From the IMG/VR virus record IMGVR_UViG_3300033121_002101, positions 32,001 through 96,000 of that record: 64,000 nucleotides of DNA. One strand, 5' to 3'. The stretch comes from a virus (lineage: Duplodnaviria > Caudoviricetes). The position numbers were made by a program, and so were the translations under genes. Each line of letters begins with the position of its first letter. Within the stretch, counting starts at the first letter, position 1. Below, piece after piece: positions 50,597 through 59,174 of the stretch. The notes under the pieces were generated by a model. It did no database searches and was not told the origin of the DNA. It saw only the letters and a program-made list of their open reading frames with translations.

Positions 50597-50911
50597 ATGT
50601 TTACACCATCAATATTCGCGCCGATAGTTTCTGGAAGCTGGAAAATAAGTAGAGTACAAGCCAGTGCAACACCTGTTTTACTGCTTTCTGGGTCTTCATT
50701 TGGAAGAAGAGAAGCTGCAATTTATAACCACGGAAGCGGTTCACTTTACATTGCACCGGGCCCAAACGTTAGCGTAAATTATTTTGCAGCTAAAATAGGA
50801 TCTGGTTCATATTACGAAATGCCAATTCCAACATACCAAGGAGAGGTGTATGGAATATGGGATGCAGCAAATGGCTGGGCAATGATAAGCGATAAACAAT
50901 CAGGAGAATGA
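50597..50911 (+). CDS. Small beta-sandwich virion decoration-like protein (paralog of 58866)
   Basis: RR...IYN.G..SLYI...PIPTYQGEVY; four SGS. Confidence 0.6.
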   Translation: MFTPSIFAPIVSGSWKISRVQASATPVLLLSGSSFGRREAAIYNHGSGSLYIAPGPNVSVNYFAAKIGSGSYYEMPIPTYQGEVYGIWDAANGWAMISDKQSGE

Positions 50912-51016
50912 GTCGGTGGATATCCACAGATCACAAGGTTATACGTTGTATATGCATACCATATATGCCTTGGCCTATATTAAACAAGTTGGCTGTGTGA
51001 ACGGTGGAGGTTATGT

Positions 51017-52150
51017 ATGACATTTGCAAGCGGCAGTAGCACACCATTCGGAATATTTGATGGAGACGCAGCATTCAGATTAGATGCTGATAAAGTACTT
51101 GAATACGTTGCTAGAAGATTGGGAGATTCTCACGTTCAAGTAGAATTAAGCTCATCAGATGTTTATGCAGCATTTGAAGAATCTGCTATGGAATATAGCA
51201 GCTTAGTAAACGCATATCAAGCAAAATCTGTCATGTCATCTTTCTTGGGCACGTCGACTGGCAGCATGACAGGTGCTGAAAATACATACCCACAAAATAG
51301 CTTAGAGTGGGCAAGACGTCAAGCAGAATCTTATTCTGAGCTTGCTGGATTAAACTCTCATGCTGCTTTGCATAAGACTTCTATTACACTTACATCTGGT
51401 CAACAAGACTATGATTTGCAGCTGTTGATTTCACCAACAGGATCAGATGGTCTTCCTAGAAGAATGATTATATCAGAAATATATCATTACGCTCCGCTTA
51501 CAGCACAAAGAATGTTCGGAACAACTTCATTCTTGAACTATTTGGATTCACAGTTTAAATTTGAGAGCTACACTCCAGAGACGGTGTTTTATCTTCTACC
51601 GATCTGGGAAGACATTCTACGTGGTATGCAGTTTGAAACGTCAAACAGAGTAAGAAGAAGCAATTACAGTTATGCACTCCATGACAATGTTCTTACTTTA
51701 TATCCGCAACCAACAACTGGTGGAACTTTATGGTTGACATACAGAATAGCTGAAGCAACTCCGCTCGGCGGGTCTGGTACATCTGCAGATCCATCTGTTC
51801 ATGGCGTTGCAAATGTGTCAAATATTCCATTTGGAAATATAGAATATTCAAAGCTCAATTCTCTCAGCAAGAGGTGGATATGGCAAATGACTCTTGCCAT
51901 TTCAAAAGAGACAATGGGATATATTAGAAGAAAGATAAACAGCATACCAGTGCCAGGTGGTGATTCTGTTACACTAGACGGAGCTGATCTTGTTTCAGAT
52001 GCACGTTCAGAAATGGAAAGACTCAGGTCAGATCTAAAAGAATTGCTTGAAGATATGACATATGACAAGCTTGCTGAAAGAGAATCTCAGAAAACTCAAT
52101 CACTATTAGATGCAATGAAACAAGTCCCACTGAAAATATTCGTAGGATAA
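51017..52150 (+). CDS. Neck/head-tail adaptor (gp13-like)
   Basis: RRLG...VELS, IPVPGGDSVTLDG; position. Confidence 0.8.
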   Translation: MTFASGSSTPFGIFDGDAAFRLDADKVLEYVARRLGDSHVQVELSSSDVYAAFEESAMEYSSLVNAYQAKSVMSSFLGTSTGSMTGAENTYPQNSLEWARRQAESYSELAGLNSHAALHKTSITLTSGQQDYDLQLLISPTGSDGLPRRMIISEIYHYAPLTAQRMFGTTSFLNYLDSQFKFESYTPETVFYLLPIWEDILRGMQFETSNRVRRSNYSYALHDNVLTLYPQPTTGGTLWLTYRIAEATPLGGSGTSADPSVHGVANVSNIPFGNIEYSKLNSLSKRWIWQMTLAISKETMGYIRRKINSIPVPGGDSVTLDGADLVSDARSEMERLRSDLKELLEDMTYDKLAERESQKTQSLLDAMKQVPLKIFVG

Positions 52151-52151
52151 A

Positions 52152-52670
52152 ATGGCAAGACTGTTTATAACAACAAAAGAATATGCTTTAATTTCAGCAA
52201 TTAACAAAGAGTTGATTCAGCATATTAGTTTGCAAGAAGTCATATACTATTCTATATCAAGAGACTTTACAGATGTAAAAAACATTTATGGAGAAACAAT
52301 AGAGAAAAGGTATTTAGATCCTGTTCGCTTGAACTGTCTTGTAAGATTTGACAATCCAACAGTTAAGTCTACTGATTTGGGATTAGATTCTGTTTATAGT
52401 CTTGAAGTATATGCTTTAAATGATGAACTAACAGAAAGAAACCTGTCTCCAACAGAAGGTGACTTCTTAGAGTACGGTCAGATATTTTTTGAAGTAACAG
52501 CAGTAACACAGCCGCAGTTAGTATACGGACACATAGATAACAAGTTGATGAGAAAGTTAATTTGTGTGCCCTCAAGAGAGGGACAATTCTCAGCTGAATC
52601 CTATTCAGGAGAAGGGGTTGATAATAGTCATCAAGTACAACCTCCTTTGCCGAAAAACCCAAGACGTTAA
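52152..52670 (+). CDS. Neck protein (gp14-like)
   Basis: NIYGE, PTEGDFL...FFEV; follows gp13. Confidence 0.75.
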   Translation: MARLFITTKEYALISAINKELIQHISLQEVIYYSISRDFTDVKNIYGETIEKRYLDPVRLNCLVRFDNPTVKSTDLGLDSVYSLEVYALNDELTERNLSPTEGDFLEYGQIFFEVTAVTQPQLVYGHIDNKLMRKLICVPSREGQFSAESYSGEGVDNSHQVQPPLPKNPRR

Positions 52671-52681
52671 TAGGAGACAGT

Positions 52682-53320
52682 ATGAAATTTCGAGTTTGTA
52701 TTCTTGTTGTTTTGTTAGCTTTTTTTGCTTCATGCACACAGATTAAAATACAGCCGAAAGATTCTCATACTGCATTCATTAAGCTTTATGATCTAAACGG
52801 TGAACCGCTTGCGTTTGCATCTGGATGGTTTATAGCATCTAAGAATGGAGTTTCTATTTTAGCAACTGCAGGTCACGTTTGCTCAATGGTATCAGGTGGC
52901 AAAATAACAGAAACAGACAGAGATAATGATGATCGTGAAGCGTACCCAGTTTATTATGAAAATGATGATGATTCTGGGCTTGATGCTTGTTTGCTAATTG
53001 TTTTAGGAAATTCACCAAAAGTAATGAATGTTGGAAAAACATTCTTTGGTGAAACAGTTTGGTATGTTGGATGGCCTGCTGGACAAAAATCTCTTATTTA
53101 TGGACACACAGGAGAAGCAACAAGTGATGGTTACGTATCAATGGCTTTGCCAGCAGCTGGGGGAGCATCTGGTAGTGCAATTGTAGATGAATATGGCACC
53201 GTAGTTGGAATGATAGTAGAAGTAGATTTAAGATTCAACCAAATATCGTATGCTGTTTATGGCAAAAGACTGTTTGAGTTAAAGAGCATGGCAGAACAGA
53301 TAGTTGATCGTGTACAATGA
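52682..53320 (+). CDS. Trypsin-like serine protease, probable lipoprotein
   Basis: Signal peptide ending FAS-C; TAGHV, D, GWP, GGASGS catalytic triad motifs. Confidence 0.85.
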   Translation: MKFRVCILVVLLAFFASCTQIKIQPKDSHTAFIKLYDLNGEPLAFASGWFIASKNGVSILATAGHVCSMVSGGKITETDRDNDDREAYPVYYENDDDSGLDACLLIVLGNSPKVMNVGKTFFGETVWYVGWPAGQKSLIYGHTGEATSDGYVSMALPAAGGASGSAIVDEYGTVVGMIVEVDLRFNQISYAVYGKRLFELKSMAEQIVDRVQ

Positions 53321-54225
53321 AAACAATACCAGAATCTTACAGGGAAATAAGGATAGAAGATATAGACAAAGCAATTCTTAATTGGTTTGATAGAATTGTT
53401 GATGCTCATGTTTCATTTCCTGACGGCCGTAGGTGGAAGGTTCCTGTAAACATTGGTATGAATGAAAGATGGTCTGCAGCAAAAGGTGGAATGCCTAGAG
53501 ACAGTGCTGGAAGACTTATACTACCGATGATTTCTGTTTCAAGAAAAGACTTAGACCCAACAAACGGAATGTTAGGTCTTGGATCAAATGTACCAAGACT
53601 GCAATTGTCAAAAAAAGTTTCAAGCAAAACAGACAATGCTATAAATGCAATTTCACTTAGAAGTCAATCTTTATTGTCAGCCGTACCTGTACGCACTGTG
53701 TACGAAGTTTCTACAATACCATTTCCATTCAATGGTCTTGCACACTATGAAGTAAAAATATATGCACAATACGTTGGGCATGTTAATACAATCATAGAAA
53801 GAATAATGTATGAACTTGAATTCTTTGATGTTCCATCATTCGTTGCACCAATAAAAGTAGACGGTTTGCCAGAAGGAACTGGTCCAACTGAGGGTGAGCT
53901 TGAAGAATCTGAACACTTACCATTTGAAGATAGAAAGCTTGGAGAAGATTATTACGTTTGCGGATACTTTGAGTCTTCATTTTCACCAAATGGAAATTCA
54001 GATGACTTTTCAGAGCAAGAAAGAGTCTTAGAATATGACTCTTCATTCATGGTTCCAGTATTTTTGCACTTAAATCCGCCTGATAAACATGAAGCAGTAA
54101 CGACAGAATACACATCTTTTGGGATAGAATTTGGTAAGGAAAAAGTCATTGTTCCAGATAATGAAGATGAAATTGAATTAATTTTATCTGGAAGACCAAT
54201 CGTTGAAAAAGTTCGCACCCGCTGA
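53317..54225 (+). CDS. Tail terminator/completion (gp15-like)
   Basis: DIDKAI, VPV...ERW, LPMISVSR. Confidence 0.75.
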   Translation: MKTIPESYREIRIEDIDKAILNWFDRIVDAHVSFPDGRRWKVPVNIGMNERWSAAKGGMPRDSAGRLILPMISVSRKDLDPTNGMLGLGSNVPRLQLSKKVSSKTDNAINAISLRSQSLLSAVPVRTVYEVSTIPFPFNGLAHYEVKIYAQYVGHVNTIIERIMYELEFFDVPSFVAPIKVDGLPEGTGPTEGELEESEHLPFEDRKLGEDYYVCGYFESSFSPNGNSDDFSEQERVLEYDSSFMVPVFLHLNPPDKHEAVTTEYTSFGIEFGKEKVIVPDNEDEIELILSGRPIVEKVRTR

Positions 54226-54245
54226 GGCTTTTGCGAACTCTTGCT
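54210..54245 (+). terminator. Possible intrinsic terminator
   Basis: Stem agttcgca/tgcgaact followed by a pyrimidine-rich tract. Confidence 0.35.
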
Positions 54246-54247
54246 CT

Positions 54248-54254
54248 ATAGTTA
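54248..54254 (+). promoter_or_regulatory. Candidate late promoter ATAGTTA upstream of sheath
   Basis: Within hairpin ttgctcta-tagt-tagagacaa. Confidence 0.45.
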
Positions 54255-54302
54255 GAGACAACCTAGTGTTTTGTTTTTTATATTTGAGAGTGAGAATAAG
54301 AG

Positions 54303-56669
54303 ATGTCAAATACGTTTAGTTCACCCTCTGTTTCTGCCAACGAAATAGATCAGTCATTTAGCGCAACAGAAGGACCATCAAATGGTGCTGCACTTGTTGG
54401 TACTACACCAAAAGGTCCAGCTTTTAAACCTGTTGTTGTTAGAAAATTTGATGAATTTAGGCAAGTGTTTGGAGAACTTGATCCAGCACATCCGCTTACA
54501 TTCGCTGCATTTAACTATTTAAAGAACGGAAGTTCTCTAAGAGTTATTAGAGTTCTTGGTAACGATGACGGAACGTCAACTCAAACTGGATACAACGTCG
54601 ACGGAATTGTCGGCATTTCAGATGTAAGTGGAGCAATTGGTGCAACTGGATCAATTCTTGCTGAAATACACTATTCTGGAACAAAACCAACAGTCGTTGG
54701 TGTAGCTTCTGACGCAAACAGGTTTGTTATTTCATTTGGAAGCGTATTCTCAGCAACAGCTTCATTCCAAACAAGTTCAGCTGACTATATTGGAAAAGTT
54801 CTTAATACCGATCCAACGAAATATTCAACGTATTACCACTATGTCTCTTCAGTTTACAAGTATCAGCCGCAAGCAGCTTCTGCTTCATGGTGGTCTGTAA
54901 GTACGCTATCAGCATCATGGAAAACATTTGATCGTGACCACGAGCAAGGACAAACACCATGGTTCAAGTCACAATTGCTTGGTGGACAGGAATTTGATTT
55001 ATTCAAACTGTTTACGCGTGCAGATGGCCGTTCAACAAATGACGACGTAAAAGTTACAATCGCAAATGTTAGACCGTCTGCAAATCCAACAATTTATCCG
55101 TACGGCACATTTGATTTAGCAGTTAGAGATTTCAATGATTCAGATACAAGGCCAGTTGTTCTTGAGTCATTCACTGGATTGAACTTCGATCCAGATGATA
55201 GAAACTACATTCTAAGAAAAATTGGAGATGTTAACGAAACATTCTCAGATACAGAGAGAAAGTTCCAAGTAACTGATGGATCTTGGCCGGGTTCACCTGG
55301 TTCAAGATACATTAGAGTTAAACTTTCAGATTCTAACTTCCCAGCAGAAGCTCTTCCGTGGGGACACAGAGGATTTCCGAAGTTACTCTATTCTGGCTCT
55401 GCTGGTACAACAGGTGCAGGTGGACAGAACAAAGTTCCAGATCTGATTTACAATGCATTCCAACGTGATTCGCAAGGTAATCCAAATGATTTAGTTTGTT
55501 TCGGAGTACTCTTCGTTTCTGGCGGTGTTGCAGACAGAATGAGAGCATTCCCAGATATCCCAACAAGTGATGCTGCAATGACAGGATCAGATGCTGGCTT
55601 CTCACTCAAGGGACTTACATCATTCAGTGACAATGGAACTACACGCTGGTATTGGTCATCTGCTGGTACAGCATATCAGCCACTTTATGCATCTGGTTCT
55701 GTACAGAAGTTCACAGTTCCATTCTACGGTGGATTTGATGGGTGGGATTTAAGAGTTCAAAACCCAATCGGCCAGTGGACATTAACAAATGATGCGCTTG
55801 AAGCTTCAAGCATTGGTGTTGTATCTCTTAAGAGAGCAATCGATGTAATTCGCAATCCAGACTTACTTGACATGAACGTTCTTGCAATACCGGGTGTTCA
55901 CAACAAGAGAGTTACAGATTATGCACGTTCGATGGCGAATGAACGCAAAGATGTTCTCTACATCGTCGATGTTACAGGTTCAACTGTTTCTGAAGTTGAG
56001 TCTGCATTGACAGCTCGTGAGATTGATGACAACTACGCAGCATGCTATTATCCAGACGTAAAGCAAGAGCACCCAAATGTTCCAGGAAGACTAGTAAGAG
56101 TTCCAGCTTCAGTCGCTGCTATTGCTGCTATTGGTTACACAGATAGAGTTGCGCAACCATTCTTTGCACCAGCTGGTATGAATCGTGGTGGTTTAACAGA
56201 CAACTTTGGAATTAAAGATGTTGTTGACAGACTTGATTTCAAGGATCGCGATAGACTTTATGATGCAAGAATTAACCCAATTGGTACGTTTACAAAAGAA
56301 GGCGTTGTAATCTACGGACAAAAGACGCTGCAAGCAAGACCAAGTGCTCTTGATAGAGTAAATGTAAGAAGACTGCTTATTCTTGCAAAGAAGAGCGTTC
56401 TGCAAGAAGCAAAAGAATTACTGTTTGAACCGAACAATGCAGGAACATGGACACGCTTTGTCAACAAGGTAAATCCAATACTTGACCGTATTAGACGTGA
56501 CCAGGGAATCGAGCGCTTCCGTGTAGTGATGGATTCTACGACAAATACACCAGACATAATCGATCGTAATGCAATGTACGGAAAAATCATACTCCAACCA
56601 ACAAAAGCAGTTGAGTTTGTATCAATTGACTTTGTAATAACAAATGCTGGAGTTGCTTTCGGTAGCTGA
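54303..56669 (+). CDS. gp18: Tail sheath protein
   Basis: SPSV...EIDQS, GPAFKP, FAPAGMNRG, LYDARINPI, LDRVNVRRLL. Confidence 0.95.
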   Translation: MSNTFSSPSVSANEIDQSFSATEGPSNGAALVGTTPKGPAFKPVVVRKFDEFRQVFGELDPAHPLTFAAFNYLKNGSSLRVIRVLGNDDGTSTQTGYNVDGIVGISDVSGAIGATGSILAEIHYSGTKPTVVGVASDANRFVISFGSVFSATASFQTSSADYIGKVLNTDPTKYSTYYHYVSSVYKYQPQAASASWWSVSTLSASWKTFDRDHEQGQTPWFKSQLLGGQEFDLFKLFTRADGRSTNDDVKVTIANVRPSANPTIYPYGTFDLAVRDFNDSDTRPVVLESFTGLNFDPDDRNYILRKIGDVNETFSDTERKFQVTDGSWPGSPGSRYIRVKLSDSNFPAEALPWGHRGFPKLLYSGSAGTTGAGGQNKVPDLIYNAFQRDSQGNPNDLVCFGVLFVSGGVADRMRAFPDIPTSDAAMTGSDAGFSLKGLTSFSDNGTTRWYWSSAGTAYQPLYASGSVQKFTVPFYGGFDGWDLRVQNPIGQWTLTNDALEASSIGVVSLKRAIDVIRNPDLLDMNVLAIPGVHNKRVTDYARSMANERKDVLYIVDVTGSTVSEVESALTAREIDDNYAACYYPDVKQEHPNVPGRLVRVPASVAAIAAIGYTDRVAQPFFAPAGMNRGGLTDNFGIKDVVDRLDFKDRDRLYDARINPIGTFTKEGVVIYGQKTLQARPSALDRVNVRRLLILAKKSVLQEAKELLFEPNNAGTWTRFVNKVNPILDRIRRDQGIERFRVVMDSTTNTPDIIDRNAMYGKIILQPTKAVEFVSIDFVITNAGVAFGS

Positions 56670-56678
56670 TAGGTTTTT

Positions 56679-57140
56679 ATGAATAAAGCTTGGAAAATAT
56701 TAGAAGCATCTTTTGGATTGGGTAAGTTTGGAGATTATAGGTTTGATCAAGATTTAGAAGATCTGCCTTCAAAATCTCCAATGAGAATGTCAAGAAATGA
56801 TCAATATCATAATGACTACACTGATTCAAATGATAAAAAAAGTAGAAGAGATCATTTAGTTGGATCACCAAAAATAGGAGAAGAAAAATCAGCGAATTGT
56901 CCTATGTGCGGATCTGAAACTAATTCTGACTTAGGCGAAGCAGTTGGCGGAATGGACACATTTGATATTGGTGCTGGAGTTTCTGGGACAGATCCAACTG
57001 CATTAGATGAGCCAATCAAGCTTACAATTGGAAAGAAACAATTATCATTTACAGCAGATGACATGGTTGAACTTATCAAAAGCGGTGAGCTGCAAAAAAT
57101 GATACAAGCTAGAAAGATTAGAAAACTTCCAGGAGTGTGA
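56679..57140 (+). CDS. Hypothetical protein with AW..L.E-type leader
   Basis: MNKAWKILE; CPMC. Confidence 0.7.
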   Translation: MNKAWKILEASFGLGKFGDYRFDQDLEDLPSKSPMRMSRNDQYHNDYTDSNDKKSRRDHLVGSPKIGEEKSANCPMCGSETNSDLGEAVGGMDTFDIGAGVSGTDPTALDEPIKLTIGKKQLSFTADDMVELIKSGELQKMIQARKIRKLPGV

Positions 57141-57628
57141 TTTCAATGAAAAGCGCTTGGCATTTGCTTTATGAAACATTAAGCACGGGTACAACTAGAG
57201 TTTTCAGAGGAACAAACAGTAGTAAAGATCAGCTTGATATTACTCACAGTGGCGGATCTGATTACGGTCCTGGTTTGTACTTTGCTACAAGTGTAGAAGA
57301 TGCAAAAATTTATGGTTACAGAATAGAACAGTATGATGTAATTGTGAATAATCCTATACACGTTGGTGAAAATGAAAATTTAGAACTGATTGAAAAATTA
57401 ATGAAAGTTCTAAAAATAGATGAAGAGATGATGATTGAAGGAAAAAACTGGTTGCAGCTGATGTCATTGGTTGGTGTATTAGTCGAAATCGGTCAGTTGT
57501 CATGGAAGAGTTTCATGAATTACTTGAAGAAATTGGGTTATGATGGAATTTATGTTCACAAACCTAAAAATGCTGCAGGCGAGTACATAGCTGTTTTTGA
57601 TAAATCACAAGTTAGTCCAGTAGTGTGA
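57137..57628 (+). CDS. ADP-ribosyltransferase-like (ART-PolyVal-like) protein
   Basis: VFRGT, YGPGLYFA, A..YG, NP, GYDGI, EYIAVFDKSQV. Confidence 0.7.
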   Translation: MISMKSAWHLLYETLSTGTTRVFRGTNSSKDQLDITHSGGSDYGPGLYFATSVEDAKIYGYRIEQYDVIVNNPIHVGENENLELIEKLMKVLKIDEEMMIEGKNWLQLMSLVGVLVEIGQLSWKSFMNYLKKLGYDGIYVHKPKNAAGEYIAVFDKSQVSPVV

Positions 57629-57668
57629 TTCACTTTAGTCTACCACATACTATTAAATCACCATGACC

Positions 57669-57675
57669 CTAGTTA
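57669..57675 (+). promoter_or_regulatory. Candidate late promoter CTAGTTA upstream of tube
   Basis: Intergenic; flanked by tgac/gtca. Confidence 0.45.
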
Positions 57676-57725
57676 TCGTCAGAGCAGCTGATTGCTCATA
57701 TTAATGACTTAAATAGGAGAGTGAG

Positions 57726-58214
57726 ATGGCAGAGATACTTGAAACCCAGCAACTGCTGGCTAATACATACGAAGCTAAGCGTAAATTTCGCTGGATCCTT
57801 CAAATTGATGGAGTAGATGCGTTTGTTTTGAAAACGTGCCAACGCCCTCAGCAGACATTTGAAGAAACAGTTATTGATTATATCAATACTAAAAGATACC
57901 TGTCAGGAAAGGGCGCTTGGAATCCAATTTCAATTACGATGAATGATCCAATTGCTCCGTCTGCAGCGCAGAAAGTGATGAACTGGGTAAGACTAAACTA
58001 CGAACCGCTTACAGGAAGAATGGGTTACGCAGTACAATATAAGAAAGATATTTCATTAAAGATACTTGATCCAGCTGGTGTCGTTGTTGAACTTTGGGAT
58101 TTGATAGGTTGTTGGGTACAAGATTCAAACTTTGGTGACTTAGACTATTCTTCAAGTGATAACCTTGAAATCACAGCGACAATACGTTTTGACAATGCAA
58201 CACTGCAATTCTGA
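57726..58214 (+). CDS. gp19: Tail tube protein
   Basis: EAKRKFRW, W..I.IT..DPI.PS, YKKDI, W.L.G, GDLDY. Confidence 0.9.
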   Translation: MAEILETQQLLANTYEAKRKFRWILQIDGVDAFVLKTCQRPQQTFEETVIDYINTKRYLSGKGAWNPISITMNDPIAPSAAQKVMNWVRLNYEPLTGRMGYAVQYKKDISLKILDPAGVVVELWDLIGCWVQDSNFGDLDYSSSDNLEITATIRFDNATLQF

Positions 58215-58220
58215 GGTATT

Positions 58221-58823
58221 ATGAAAGTTAGTGTAAAAAAAGCATTTCGGATATCTGAGGGTGTTGATGACGGTGACAAAGGAGCTGCACTTGATGCAAT
58301 TGGAGAACTCGAAGGTATAGCAGAGTCTTATAACAACGGAGAATACGCAAGTAGTTCAGAACTTGGAAGAGAACTTGTTAGCTGGTTTAAAACAAATGTT
58401 GATACGATTTTTGCTGCTCTTGGCATTGAAATGGCAAAAGATGAAGCTAAAAAACCACCTTTAGGATCTGGTGATAGGTTTCGTAATTTAACAAATCAAC
58501 TTGCAAATGAAGGAAAACCAAAAGCAAAAGAAGTTGACAAGTCACAAGAAGATGATGCCGAAGATAAAAGCAATGACAGTCAATTGCCAGATGATGTGAC
58601 TCAACAGATACGTGACTTAATTGATGCGTTAGAAAGAATAGTACCTGATGAAAATCCTGAAGGTGATGAAGCAGATACTGTGTTAGATGATGAACCGATT
58701 GGTGACGTTGAAGAAGAAGCTCATGATCCAGCAGCACTTGCTGCGTGGATAGGAAGAGAAAAGTACGGTAATAAAAGATTTCAAAAGTTAGCAATATCAG
58801 GTAAACGACGTTCAAATCACTGA
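58221..58823 (+). CDS. Hypothetical acidic/basic protein (probable internal head protein)
   Basis: KKAFRISE leader, acidic linker, C-terminal DPAALAAWIGREKYG. Confidence 0.65.
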   Translation: MKVSVKKAFRISEGVDDGDKGAALDAIGELEGIAESYNNGEYASSSELGRELVSWFKTNVDTIFAALGIEMAKDEAKKPPLGSGDRFRNLTNQLANEGKPKAKEVDKSQEDDAEDKSNDSQLPDDVTQQIRDLIDALERIVPDENPEGDEADTVLDDEPIGDVEEEAHDPAALAAWIGREKYGNKRFQKLAISGKRRSNH

Positions 58824-58840
58824 TACAAGAATTTTTGTTG

Positions 58841-58873
58841 GCTAACATACCTACCTAATTGTAGTATGTTAGC
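58841..58873 (+). promoter_or_regulatory. Perfect 10-bp hairpin with CTAATTG in the loop; 3' arm contains ATG 58866
   Basis: gctaacatac-ctacctaattgta-gtatgttagc. Confidence 0.65.
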
Positions 58874-59171
58874 ACACACAGCGATATTACCGATATTTCC
58901 TAAATGCGTTACTTCAAAAGAAATTGAATTAGACTCAAGCGGAACAAAAAAAGAAATACTATCAGAAAATGTTGACAGGCGATCATTTTGTGTTTTGAAC
59001 ACAGGTGAGTCGCCTGTTTATATTTCTGTAACAGATGAACATCCGACTTGGGTTTGCAAACCTAATGATCATTTTCAATCTCCTATTCCAACATATGTTG
59101 GAAAATTATATGCATGGTCTATAGATTACAAAACAAAAATAGTTGTAACAGAATTTTTTGTAAAGGAATGA
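58866..59171 (+). CDS. Small beta-sandwich protein (paralog of 50597)
   Basis: RRSFCVLNTG..PVYI...PIPTYVGKLY. Confidence 0.6.
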   Translation: MLAHTAILPIFPKCVTSKEIELDSSGTKKEILSENVDRRSFCVLNTGESPVYISVTDEHPTWVCKPNDHFQSPIPTYVGKLYAWSIDYKTKIVVTEFFVKE

Positions 59172-59174
59172 AAA

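Noticed and set aside
30191-52746. Short alternative-frame plus-strand ORFs (30191, 35611, 39250, 41245, 43398, 45157, 45889, 52564)
   Set aside because: Nested in or overlapping well-supported genes, with no recognisable motifs or clear SD
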